From positions 3,410,001 through 3,474,000 of the forward strand of contig NC_089434.1 in the NCBI RefSeq assembly GCF_026210795.1: a stretch of 64,000 nucleotides of DNA. The letters are read 5' to 3'. Below the pieces are notes generated by a model, which saw only the letters and a program-made list of their open reading frames with translations, made no database searches and was not told where the DNA came from. Positions 13,025-25,738 of the stretch are shown piece by piece. The position numbers were made by a program, and so were the translations under genes. The stretch is from Rhizophagus irregularis. Taxonomy: Eukaryota. Within the stretch, counting starts at the first letter, position 1; each line of letters begins with the position of its first letter.

Positions 13025-14045
13025 AACAGAAACGTGAATGCTTGGACGCGTTAAAATCGGGGCATTGCTTAATTGGCTTTGCGCCCATGATTTATTATTA
13101 GTACAAAAATGATTATTAAAATTTTTTGTAAAAGGAGAAATAATCTGTTTGATTCTGTTGGCGTTTTAGTATTTTAAAATGGAAGAGACGTGAATGGACA
13201 CGTTAAGATCGAGGCATTGCTTAATTGTTTTTGTGTCTATAATAATTTATTATTACATAAACGATTATTAAAATTTTTGTAAAAGAAATAATCTAACTCT
13301 GTTGACGTTTTAGTATTTTAAAACATGAATGGACACGTTAAGATCGGGGCCTTGCTTAATTGTTTTTGTGTCTATAATAATTTATTATTACATAAACGAT
13401 TATTAAAATTTTTGTTAAAGGAAATAATCTAACTCTGTTAGCGTTTAGTATTTGAAAAAAAAACCATGAATGGCGTTAGAGTCGGGGCATTGTTAATTTT
13501 TGTGCCTATGATATAAAAGAAATAATCTAATTCTGTTGGCGTTTTAGTATTTAAAATGGAAGAGACGTGAATGGACACGTTAAGATCGAGGCATTGCTTA
13601 ATTGTTTTTGTGTCTATAATAATTTATTATTACATAAACGATTATTAAAATTTTTGTTAAAGGAAATAATCTAACTCTGTTAGCGTTTAGTATTTGAAAA
13701 AAAACCATGAATGGCGTTAGAGTCGGGGCATTGTTTAATTTTTGTGCCTATGTAAAAGAATAATCTAACTCTGTTGGCGTTTTAGTATTTAAAACAGAGA
13801 TGTGAATGGACACGTTAAGATCGGGGCATCCCTATAAAAAATTTTATCCGTTATTTCTGTAAAAATGAGCCTTTCACGGATCCATTCACGGAAAATGTAA
13901 ATAATTCGATAAATTCCGCGATATAAGGTTATTAATTCCGGAAATATGAGCCTTTTACGGAAAAAAGATGGAATATAAAAAACGGATTGACTTTTTCTAC
14001 AGAGCATTGCTTAATATAAAAGACTATTAAAATTTTTGTAAAAAA
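13025..14045. repeat. Tandem array of ~7 units of ~95-155 bp
   Basis: Core gaatggacacgttaagatcgRggcattgcttaatt...aataatctaactctgttRgcgttttagtattt starts at about 13034, 13190, 13325, 13466, 13567, 13707 and 13802; long and short variants. Confidence 0.92.
13830..14004. mobile_element. CACTA/CMC-like MITE (CCC terminus, 3-bp TSD CAT) in the last array unit
   Basis: Other units read ggggCATtgcttaat; here ggggCAT|ccctataaaaaattttatccg...cggattgactttttctacagag|CATtgcttaat. Same family at 39311-39509. Confidence 0.85.
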
Positions 14046-14439
14046 AAATAATTTTGTTTGAAAGTATTTCATTTCATGAGAATAAAACTTGTCACAGTTA
14101 CACAAAATTATGCAAGATTTACCAACCAATATGAATACCATCATTGTTATCTTTGTTTATATTTTACGAAACAAATCGCGCCTTTGCCTTTCTTTTTCCA
14201 AAATATATGAAAATTTCTCTATAGAAAGCTAAGTTAGTAATTAACGTTAACCAACGTAATTTGGTTAATTATAAATTGACCAACCAAAGAAGCAGATTTA
14301 AATCATGTGATCGAACTTCCGATTTATTTGATTTTTCATCTTTTTTTTTTAATTTCAGTTAACAATAACTAAAAAAAAGGTGTTATTACACAAAATCGGG
14401 TAGAAAATAGTAAAAATAATTTACATCCTTCTGTGCAAT

Positions 14440-15003
14440 CCAAAATTTTTGACCAGGCCGTTCCTTCACGAATGCAAGTACACTTTGATAAAGAATGTTC
14501 TGGGCACCAAATAACGCAAAGTCTACTAAACAAAATGTAGGTTTACAAGATTTTAATTAAATCTTTTTCAGTGATTGATTGACCTTCAGTTCAATACACC
14601 GATGGAATGTTCAAAACGGATTTACCCTTCGCCCTGAGCAAATCCACAAATTACTTCAGCTACACTTCATCTTCTATTAACCTGACGTCGATCAATTTTC
14701 CTATATATTATATTGATTTTTTTTAAAAAATAATAATTTTGTAAATATATTTAATATAATATTTTATTTCTTTATTTAATAATAATAAAAAATTGAAGGA
14801 AAAAGAAAAAAAAATAAAAAAAGGCACCACATAATAGCATTAGTGATATTGTGGATTGTTCCAAAAAGTGTTTCTAACCGAACTTTACCACCACCAATTT
14901 ATTCTGCAGTTTGGATGGAAGGCCCGATGTGGAATTTCGATGAAGAAGCCTATTGAAACGTTTGGATGATTCTCAAAACATGAGCCTTGAATTTATAAAT
15001 CAA
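14440..15003 (+). pseudogene. Fragmented TKL-type protein kinase pseudogene
   Basis: 14897-15003 encodes IYSAVWMEGPMWNFDEEA, then after a frameshift LKRLDDSQNMSLEFINQ|gtaagt (kinase subdomains I-III; compare IHKAIWSDGPIYSWNFD...LKILNNSSSLDNKFLDE at 59.3 kb). Upstream boundary uncertain. Confidence 0.75.
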
Positions 15004-16841
15004 GTAAGTGCATAAAACAAAAGTATCTTATCGAATTTTGAAATTGATCTGCTGTCAATCTCGGAATTAGTTATATATTCAAATGTTCAGATAAATTATA
15101 AATTATACGAGATCATTATAACAAACTCGAGGCTTTTAGATTTGATGATATTTCACATTTACAACAATATTTAAAGGAGCTAATTGATATAAGGAAACAA
15201 TTACGAATTTAAAATTGAATTAAATATAATGGAGCAAAAACAATTATTTCTAGTATCCGTAAAAGATGTATAAATTACAAAGACGATCGAAGAAATTGAT
15301 CAAATTCAATCCATTCGAGGTGGTCCATATTTTCATTAGCATATAATTGAGTATCCCTTATAAATTTATCAATTATAGAAATTCCGCTGGTCCAGCTACA
15401 AAAATTTCTTTAAAAATTGCTATATCGCAATTTTTACACCATGTTACTGCAGTTCGTTTTTTGTTTACATTCTGAACGATTACCATAAGATTGAGATATC
15501 TTGAGACCCAGAAGGGCTCAGTGAACGAAACGAAGATTCATTATTATAATCCAGTTTTTTGATTTTTTTTTAAAAAAAATAATGTAGTTCTCTTTATAAA
15601 AAAAACACATTTCTTGGCGATCACATTATGTAATTGCTTAATAATAGGGTAAGAAACAAATCCCTATATTTTAGGGGGGTCGGAAAAATTATCCGATCAA
15701 CAAGCAAATAAGCAAATATACAGGTTTTTTTTAAAAAAACCAAGGAGTAATGCAAAATAATAAATAATTTGTTGCACGTGATAAGGAATAGTTGCCAATT
15801 TTTTTCTAAAAAAAATGATCAATATGTAAATAAAACTTCAAACGAATATTAAATAATATTCGCGTCAAAGTATTTAAAAAATAGGAATACAGTATATATA
15901 ATCAATTTTAATGTTACATATAAGTAGTTTCGATAAAAGTAATAATAACGGTAAGTGAAAAATAATTTTTCCATACAAACATGAACGACGAGAAAACGAA
16001 AATTAATTTAAGTATAAACAAATATATAATAAATATTAAAGGAAAGTTTAGCGTTGATTGTGAACAAAATAATTGTACATATTAACCCAAATCATTAAAA
16101 TCTCTACAATATTCGTAAATTCGTCAAGATACGAATATAAATTCATATCTCAACGAATAATTATACTTGTTTTATGTTTTAAAATTAAAAAAGCTATAGT
16201 TCAGAAAGTGTTCAGCATAATTCTAATCTACTGCGGAGTAAAACCACGTGACCACGATAGGTCGCCCCAAATTTTCTAAAGATTTGTATTTACCAAATTA
16301 TTTTCCTTTTTTTTTTTGAAAAACAAGTTTTAAATAAAAAAAATTGCTTCAAACATAATTATAATCTAAGAGAATTCTGATAAATCAACAAGTCATATTA
16401 TTTTCAGGTATAAATAAAGAATTATTATGTAACTAACATTATTAATATTATTATATCAGGATTAACAATTAATAATTGATGCCGTAATTTGTTATATAAC
16501 AATAAATTTGTTGGTATATTCGAGTAAAATTTTGATTCGTTATAATTTTCCTTTTACAGAATTTTACTGCCAAATACTCATGCGCAGAATTTCAACCATT
16601 GCTTTAAATTAATTATAATAGATTTATTTTATTTAATAGCAGAAATAACATTTTAGGTAAAAGCTCATTCTTATATCGCAGTAATATTAGTTTCATTTAC
16701 ATTTATGTAAGACTTATTTTAAATACCACTTATGAAGTTTAAACTAAAAGTAGTTTGACATTGAAATTATTAAAATCAAGTAATTTTCCGTAAGAATATG
16801 AAAAAATCGAGATCGTATTTAATGATCGGCCGAAATCTGGG

Positions 16842-18190
16842 CTTCTTAAATGTACCTCATTTTGTTGTTTATTTGCTCTCTCAAAAATTTTATCAATTCA
16901 AATTTTATCAAATGAATATTTTTTTTTTAAGCGAAACTGATTAGAAATTGTAAGGAGAAAAAATAAGTAAACCCGCAGTAACAGTATTTTAAAAATGGAC
17001 AAAGAAAGTGGGAGTGGAAAATAATTTTTTTTTATTATTTTTGTTGTTAATATAAACGCCGAAAGTATATTTATTTATAGAATATTTATTATTTATTATT
17101 ATTTACTTATAAAATATGATAACCTACAAGGGGTAGATCTAAACCTATTTTTTAAGTTTTTAATTTAAAAAAAAAAATTATAATTTTAGTTTATAAGTAT
17201 GTGATATATAAACTATATGTGATTTATTCGATATATACCTTTTGTCTTTTTTTTAGTTACCAATTTTAGTTATATTAAATTAAAATTCCCTTTAATTATT
17301 TCTTAAGTCATTTATACTTTTCCAGCCAATGAAAGATTTTTAGGTTAGAATAAATTGTGATGAACCTGAACTATGATATTTAAATAATTCATCACTTTCT
17401 AAATCTATATAATTAAAAAAATTTGTAACGTTTAGATTACCTGTATAAATAAATTCTAAATTGTGAAACCTTGACTTACTACCATTGGCCAGTTTCTTAT
17501 GTGACGTTAAACAAATTCAAAAAAGCGAAATTTATATGACGATCATATAATTCCAGCCAGCATTACAATCTTGGTGCGAAGCAACAGGAACGTATTATAT
17601 TAAAAGGTTATCATTTCATGTTGCGTCATCATTTTTGTTCCATGTACAGTAACTAATTGTTGAATTAACAACTGGACTGATATTATATTATTTTATTTTA
17701 AACTATAACTATATAAATAAATAAATAAAAAAAAACGCGAGGATTTTTTTTTTCTTAAAAGAAAAATTTTTTATTTTGGCACGCTTTTCTTTATTCTTTA
17801 TAAAGTGACGCAGTATTTGTAAATAATTTTGTTATTTATTTTATACAATTAAATTTGATGTTGATTGACGCAAAAAAAAAACGAAAAACGTTATAATGAA
17901 AATAAAGTGGTAATATGAAAAAGAACTCAGATTTGATTTTTTTTTTTTTATTTAATCTTTTGCCAAATTTTATTGCTCAAAAACTATGGTTTAAAACAAT
18001 CAAACATTGACGATATACTATTCTATTAATAGTAGATAAAAAAGGTTCTATATAACGAATTATTTAATTTATAATAAAAAGGGGGTAATATGGAAAAGAA
18101 CACAGATTTTTTTTATTTAATCTTTTGACAAATCTTTTTTGCCAAATCTTTTGAACAATCAAAATTTAGCCGCCATTGAAGCTGATTGAC
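16842..18190. repeat. 3' flank of member 2, closely matching the 3' flank of member 3 (32382-33945)
   Basis: Colinear matches, e.g. ctcaaaaactatggtttaaaacaatcaaacatt (17977 / 33726) and ttagccgccattgaag (18166 / 33923). Confidence 0.9.
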
Positions 18191-18531
18191 ATACCGATAC
18201 GTAAATATATATGTAGTACGTATTTATTTACTATATCTATTTATTTATTTAATAAATTTTATTGTATTATAGCAAAAGTTATAAAATTAAATAAATTGTT
18301 CGTTTATGAAGAAATTTCGAAAATTTTGGAAATTGTGTTTGCTGACGATGTATATCTATTTTAATTGAATTTTAAGAATTTTCCGAAAATTAGTTTTGCC
18401 GGGTTTGAGTATAATCAGATTTTGCACACTATCAAGTTAACGATGGATGTTTCGGTTATAAAAGCGAAGAAAGATCGAAAGAATTAAATATTTGAATATC
18501 ATAAACATCTTAATATTTATTATAATGATGT

Positions 18532-18768
18532 CTAAAAGAAATTAAGCGTCCCGTTAAAAATTTGATCGGTAAATGAATCGGTAGTGACTTGTACGGGTAA
18601 TTGTAAATATCTAAATGGATCTAATACTTGCATTCTACGTTTCAATTCTCGTCTGTTTCGACGTCCACGAATATATTTTGATAAATAAGATCGAGATGAA
18701 GTAGTTGAAGCACCAAGTTGGTCGTTCATAGAGGAGTTAGAGAAATTAGATTCTGTACGATGTTCCAT
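18532..18768 (-). CDS. Small basic protein, family member 2 (78 aa)
   Basis: Near-identical to member 1 with an in-frame 9-nt indel (ELK) and several synonymous changes; ends DSFTDQIFNGTLNFF. Confidence 0.8.
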   Translation of the reverse strand: MEHRTESNFSNSSMNDQLGASTTSSRSYLSKYIRGRRNRRELKRRMQVLDPFRYLQLPVQVTTDSFTDQIFNGTLNFF

Positions 18769-19018
18769 TATGTATAGTTTTTTATTAATAAAAGGCTATA
18801 GTACCGTATATACAGTAAATAGTCATAAATATAATTTTAGAGAGAATCTATATCTTTAATATAAAATATTGAAATTTCAGTTTACTTAAAGAACGAAAAA
18901 AAATCTGTCAAAGCCAAAAAAAAAAAATTTTTTTTTTTCATTTTTTAGGAAATGGAGAGACTATTTATAATAAAATTTTTGGTACATTTTATATTTTTAA
19001 TATATAAATATAAAATTA

Positions 19019-19581
19019 CATCACTAAATTTCCAGGCAGGTCGGCAACCATTATTGGACATATGTCCACTAACTGTCCATTGACGGACCCTCCGTAGGTT
19101 GGACGTTATATTATGTACGTCCATAAACCGTCAATTTCAGGTATATGGACGTTCGATCTGTTGAAAAAATTATTTAATATTAAATAGTTAATTTAATATT
19201 AAATATTTTAATAATATTTAATATATATAAACTTATACTTACCTTAGGAATCGAACCTAGGACCTGAGGTACTTGTTTTTCGTGATCTAATCACCTAGAC
19301 TATTTAAACTTTTAATTTATAATATATATGTTTTTGACTTATTTAAGTTGAAACCATTAAGCTACTAATACTAATAAAAATGACGACCCTTTAAAATTTC
19401 GGTTATAAGACAGTATTGTCTGGTTACCGTCCGAAATCATGATAATTATACTGATTAATAAGTTAATAGTCCATTAACAGTTATTGGACACATTTTTCGT
19501 TAATTTTACGTAAAAATCTTAACGTAAAATTTACGATTTTGACCGGGGATAGTCACCGGACTACCTAATAATTTAGTGATG
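19019..19581. mobile_element. TA-TSD MITE containing a tRNA-like segment
   Basis: TA|CATCACTAAATT ... AATTTAGTGATG|TA; the empty site tataaaatTAtaaaatgaaa is at 8581-8600. An inverted family fragment lies at ~55070-55140. Confidence 0.9.
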
Positions 19582-22500
19582 TATAAAATGAAAATATATA
19601 TATTCGATATTTTTGTATTTTTTATTTTATATATTACTAATGAATACTATTAACCACGTGCATTATTATTAGAGTAACACTAATATAACTTTAAAGATTT
19701 AGAATTTATAATATTTAATAAACCTTTTTTAAGTAAAAAGAGATGATATCGAGAGAATCCATTTTTTTTTTTGATTATCTTAATTGTTGAATAAAAAGAT
19801 TATAAAGTTAATAACTTTCTTATTTTAATAAACAAAGAAAAAAAGAAAAAAAAATGTCACCAGCCACATATTCATATTTAATATACATAAAAAATATATA
19901 TCAGATATATTTTTTATATATCACACATATATATTTTATTTTTTACATAACATTCTAATTTAGTGAATAATTGTGAATAGTTGTGAATAGATGTGATAAG
20001 GTTAAATTAACTTTACTGATTTAGTGATTACAACGCGTTCATTTTAAAATAATCAATTGTTACTAATTCGAAGCTCATTCTCTTTACTTATATTAATTCG
20101 TAAGTCGGAGTCTTTAAATTGTCTCGCGTTTATACATGAAAAGTATAACATATTATTTTAATAATAGATTACGCGCTTTTAACAAAAATAACATTAACTT
20201 TATTGAAGTTAGTTTAAAAAAATTTCTTTTTTTTTAAAAAGACTACAAAGAACTCGAGGTCAATCAAACCTTTTGAAACTAATACTTTTCCTAATTAGTT
20301 TGTTAATTATAATACTCAAAAGATTTGTGCTTTGCGTTGATAAATACGATAAGTATTAGTTATTTACTGATCTAGTAGTATATAAATGGGTCATCCGAAT
20401 TATTAACCAATGATAGCAGATGATTGGTCCACGTATGATACGTATGATAAATGTCGTTGTATCTAAATTAGGTTAAGTAGGAAATTTACCGAAAATGGTA
20501 AATTGAAACCTGTTTACCCTTGGTTTAATAATAACATTTAAAGAAAGTGTTATTTGTTAACCAGTAAAAAAAAAAGTTATTGATATATATTTCTTGTCTT
20601 TTTTTCACGTTATATTTACTCATTGATAAAGCTAAGAGAACGGTCCATTCCGATAATGAAATACTAAAAAAGAAAATCTTTTTATTGTCCCTTTTATATC
20701 TTTTCACATGTATTATAATCTTTATATCTTCTAAAGGGTTTATTATAAATCCGTACTGATATAATGTGAGTTGGATTCGGTATAATCAAATATCCGGAAC
20801 TAATCAATTCAAGTGGCTGTAGCAGTGTAGCCTCGTCATATCACGTGATTCAATTGCGAAATTATTCCAGAGAGAATTGTGATTTTGTTTTTTTTTGTTT
20901 CGTAATTTTCGTGATATTATTGACTCCTTGATTGATGATATTGATTGTCAATTACTTTTTTATTTGTAAATCTTTGAATTATACCATTTTTGTGGATAAA
21001 GAAGAAAACAAAAATGTGAAGTAACATTATAAACATGTGAGTGGTTAATTTATAATCCCGACCCAAGCCTTCGTACCAAAAATGAATGAATTATTAATAT
21101 ATATGTTTTTTAGATTGTCTTATTTTCTCTCTCTCTTCTTTAAATTTTTTTTTTTATTTCTTTTTCTTTTTTGATAATCATTTTTTCTCATCACTTTTTT
21201 ACTAAAAAAAAACTAATTTTTACTAACCTTTAAAGGTTCGCATAATAAAAAAAAAATTATATATATTAATAATACCTTTTAAAATGTAACGCAGTATTAC
21301 GCAATTTTTTTTTTATGCGTGTTATTTCCTTTTTTATTACGGAACAAAAATATGATAATTTGGTTAAATTTTTATTTTCGGAAATTTTTGATTGTTCATA
21401 ATTAATCAAATAAAAATTATTAGATATTTTTTTATATTCCGAAAAGGGTTAAGCATAATATAAATAAAAATTTTTTTAATTTAATTGATGATCTGGTGTC
21501 ATTTTTTGGCAAATAAAAACCGGAGATGAAAAAATTTAATCGGAATGTAAAAAGTTAAATAAAATAAAGCAAAGAAAAAAAAAAAATTTTTATTTATTTT
21601 TTTTTACTTTATTTTTATTTTTTTATTTTAAAAAAAAAACCCGACAAAAGAATTTATATGAATTATATCGGAATGTGAAATAAAATAAAGCAAAATAAAT
21701 AAATAAATTAATAATATTTTTATTTTTATTTTTTTTTTTATTTTAAATATTCCAAAATCGAAAATATTTTTGTTGTTTGATAATTTCCTGTATATTTATC
21801 TCTTCTTTTTAATAATTAAAATAATTTATATAATTACTTTTTTAAATTTAGCACGAATATTTATTAACATTAATATTAAATATATGTATATAAAAAAAAA
21901 AGTGGTTTTTTTATGGAAAAAAAATCGGTTTAGTTCTTTTTGAATGTAAAAAAGTATGAACCAAAATACTTTCTCTCCTTTTTTTATTGTAAAAAAAAAG
22001 ATAGGAGTGAATATCTAAAAGGAATGAGGTTTCTTTATTTTTGTTTATATAATTTCCACAATTGTTACACTTTCATATGCTTTATGTTATACAATCCATT
22101 ACCCTAGTGTCTGTTTCCTTCTTCTCCTTATTTGTTATTATTAATCTTTTTATTATTTATCATTTTTCCTAAAATTAAAATTTATTTCCTATTTGACAAC
22201 AAAGTTCTTAATTTTTCACAAGCAAATTCTTTTCTCCTCACTAAAAAAAAATAATCAATTTAATTCAATTTATTATTATTATTATTATTTTTATTATCAG
22301 TTATTGTTATTATATATTCATTTTAGCGTAATTATTAAATAACACAATGCATAACAAATTTTAGTATCACAATTGTGAATGAGTACTTATATGGTATACT
22401 CACAAAGAAAGTAAAATAGGGGTACTCTAGAAGAAATAATTATTATTGTGACAAAAAAAAAAAATAAATAATATTCTTTTTCTTTTTTATCGTAAAAAAA

Positions 22501-23621
22501 CTAAAAAAAATTTACTGGCATTCATATTACATTTACTTCTTACTTTTTGCATATTCTTCTCCTATCTTATTAAGCGGTTTTGATTTAGAAAAATTTACTT
22601 TATTTTATTATACTAAGAAAAAACGCGCAACCTTTTAAAAAAGAGAAACCTTTAAACTTTTAATTCACTTGAAAGGAAAAAAAAATACAACAAACCCAAG
22701 CCAAAAAAAACCATTTTTTTTTAAAAAAAAAGAATCAAACCTTCACAATAAATCCTTGTACAGATGCTTCTATATAAAATAAAGGAATGTATATTTTACG
22801 TGAAGAATTATGTGAAAGAAATTATTAGGAAATAAAAAAAAAGAGAAAAAAATAGAATATATCAGAATTAATTAAATAAGAGCATGTTCTCTAACCGCAG
22901 TAAATAATAGTTATATTTAAAAAGAAAGGATCGCTGCATATAAGGATGAATTTTTTATTATAAGTGATTAATTCAAACTTCGAAAAAAAAGGAAAAAATG
23001 GTTTTATAAAACGCAAGAATAGAAAATGAATGAATACTACACAAAAAAGAATGCTTCACAAAATTTACCGTATTCTCTTAAAAAGAAATAGAACGTAAAT
23101 GTGTGTACCCGAGTTAAAAAAAAAATGATATACGAATGATGTGTGATCTACTTGTTAATCTTTGTATATCATGTTGAATTATGTAAAAGAAAAAAGTATT
23201 ATATAATGGAGCAACATCGTACAAATAATTTTTAAATGGAAAAAATCGGTAAATACGAAAAAGATTGTCAACAATATTTGAGATATCCAGATTTGACATA
23301 TTAACGGATTCACGAAATTAAAAATATCGATTTCAAATTGTATAAGTATTGGCATGTCTTAGTTGTCCAAAGATTTTAAAAATGGTATGTTTTAAGAAGA
23401 GAAGAAAAAAAAAAATTTTTTTTTATTTCCCTTTAATTTTCGTCATTATCTTCTATTTTTTTTTTCACTAGTTCTCTGTACTAAAGAAATATAGATTTTA
23501 GCAGAAGCATTGGATTAGGTAAGGATTAGGAAGGTTAATTTAGGCTGAAAGATCACCTTTAACGTTAACATTGACACTGGAGCTGCTTAGCAGTTAGGGT
23601 TAGATAAGCACTGGAATGTAA

Positions 23622-24159
23622 GGCCAGGCAATAGGATTTTCTGTTTAACAAGAATTTTTGTTGAAAAAAGGAGGGGGCAAAAATAATTTACAAAGTTTTT
23701 AAATTACTTTTTACTATTAAGATTTTGAGGGGAGAGAAGGAAAAAGTAAAAAAAGAAATCCAAAAATTAGATTTCCATGGGGAAATATTATATAAATTTT
23801 TTTTTAATATCTATAAGAACCAAATTTTGAGGGGAAGGAGAGGGGGAATTTAAAAAAAATTGATAAATTTTTGCTTTTTTCGGTGCCTATCTAAATTTAA
23901 ATTTTTGAGGGTATACATGGAGACGTAATTATTTCAGATAATTCGGCATTAAGGTGGCGTAGTAATGGTGAAATATATTACACCAAATTTTTGTTCGAAG
24001 ATTCATTTGATGATATGAAAATAGTATTACATCAGTATTACACCGGTATAATGCCGAAATTAGTGTAATGTGTCGTAATATTTCAGCATGGCTTGAACCT
24101 AATTCACCTCCATGTATGGGGGAGGATTTTGTTAAACAGAATATCAAATTGGTTCGGCC
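23622..24159. mobile_element. Harbinger-like MITE (TAA TSD) with nested TA-flanked MITE at 23916-24114
   Basis: Outer TAA|GGCC...GGCC|TAA; inner TA|CATGGAG...CTCCATG|TA is absent from the 11242-11575 copy. Confidence 0.85.
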
Positions 24160-24378
24160 TAACTAGTAGTAAGTTTTTTAAAAAATTTTCGTTAAATCTG
24201 TTTTCGTAAATTTATATCGATAATTTTTTTAAGCGTATCTTGTTTTATTATCAAAACATAAAGCCTTACTACTAAAAAAATTCATCGTAAAAAAAAGGTA
24301 AGTTTTTTTTTCATTGCTTAAAAAAAATCTCCTGGAAGGTTATTATATATAAAATTATTTTTTCTATATTTATTTATT

Positions 24379-24409
<31 letters not shown>

Positions 24410-25738
24410 TTTTTTAGAAAATTAAGTTTTATATTAAAAATTACCTGTTATATAATGTATGGACTTAATTAATTGTTTCTAGTGTGGCTGTGACATTGCT
24501 TGCATTAATGAGATATGCAGTACTTTTATTTTTATTTGCATTTTGTTAACATTCTAGAATAATTCTACTTTTTATTTCTGTCATTAAATTTATTAACTTG
24601 CGTTTATACGGAACTTTATATTACCTTAGTAATATTATATAAGAAAAAAATTTACTATCATATATACAGTCAGAACTCGACATAACGAACCCTCCAGTTC
24701 ACTAAAAAAAAATTGGTATGTCGAAATTTATATATAAGTTTGTTACAACGAATTTTATATGTTTATATACTATAACATATATAAAGATAAAATCTTAAAA
24801 AATCTCTTTATCGTGAAATTCATTATATTGCATAATCGTTATATCAAGTTCTGCTGAATGTATAAAATACATATAGCAAGTGGGAATCTGTCGCACGTAC
24901 AATTTTTTTCAATAGTAAGTTATAATTATTTTAACATATTATTTTTCCTTGGGATTTTTTTACATATATCATATGATTTTTATTTAAAAATATTTAAGTT
25001 ATCGCAATTTTAGTATTCATGAATTTATTGTCACCTATGCAATTTTCGTTACAATTAATAGCTAATAAATACTTTTTTTTATCAACCATACCTAGTTTGT
25101 GAAGAAAGACGAGGGATATGGAAGGTTTAATTTCGACTGCAAAATTGGCTTCTTTTAGAAATTAATAAAATTTTAGATCCTATTAATCATATTACTCTCG
25201 AACATGTTAAAAATATTAATGATATTTGAAAGCATAACTTTCATAGATTTAATTAAAGGTTTCTTTCCTTGTTCGTTAATTAGTTTTTTCAAACAATTAA
25301 AATTTTGGATAAATCTATGATTTTTTGGAAAATGAGGTGTAATAAGCTTAATGAAATAGATAGAGGTTTGGGAAATTGATAAAAATGTTAAAAAAAAACA
25401 TTTTTGTAAAGAGCAGTTTATTGACAAAATGCGCATATCAAAAAATAAGAAAATATTTTAATCTACAAAGTCTTCAAAGTCATATTTATTTTGAGTAGTA
25501 CAGTAGATTACTATAATATTATTTGATTACGGCAGTGTTTCGTAGTTTTTATTTTTATTATTTTTTATGGTTGTAGTACTAGTAGTTAAAGGTATTGTGG
25601 AGAGTTTTTATATAACATTACCGAAGTCCATACGAATAGTAGTAATTATACGGATAGTCTAGTGAACCTATTTGGGTATGCAGGATGGTAGATAGTTCCT
25701 TTGAACATAAAATCTTAAGTCCCTAATAATATTATTTT

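Noticed and set aside
13025..14045. Possible CRISPR-like repeat-spacer array
   Set aside because: Sequences between the cores are themselves repeated, not unique spacers; eukaryotic context and no cas genes.
19235..19310. Functional tRNA gene
   Set aside because: Only A/B boxes and T-arm are recognisable; no paired acceptor or anticodon stem.
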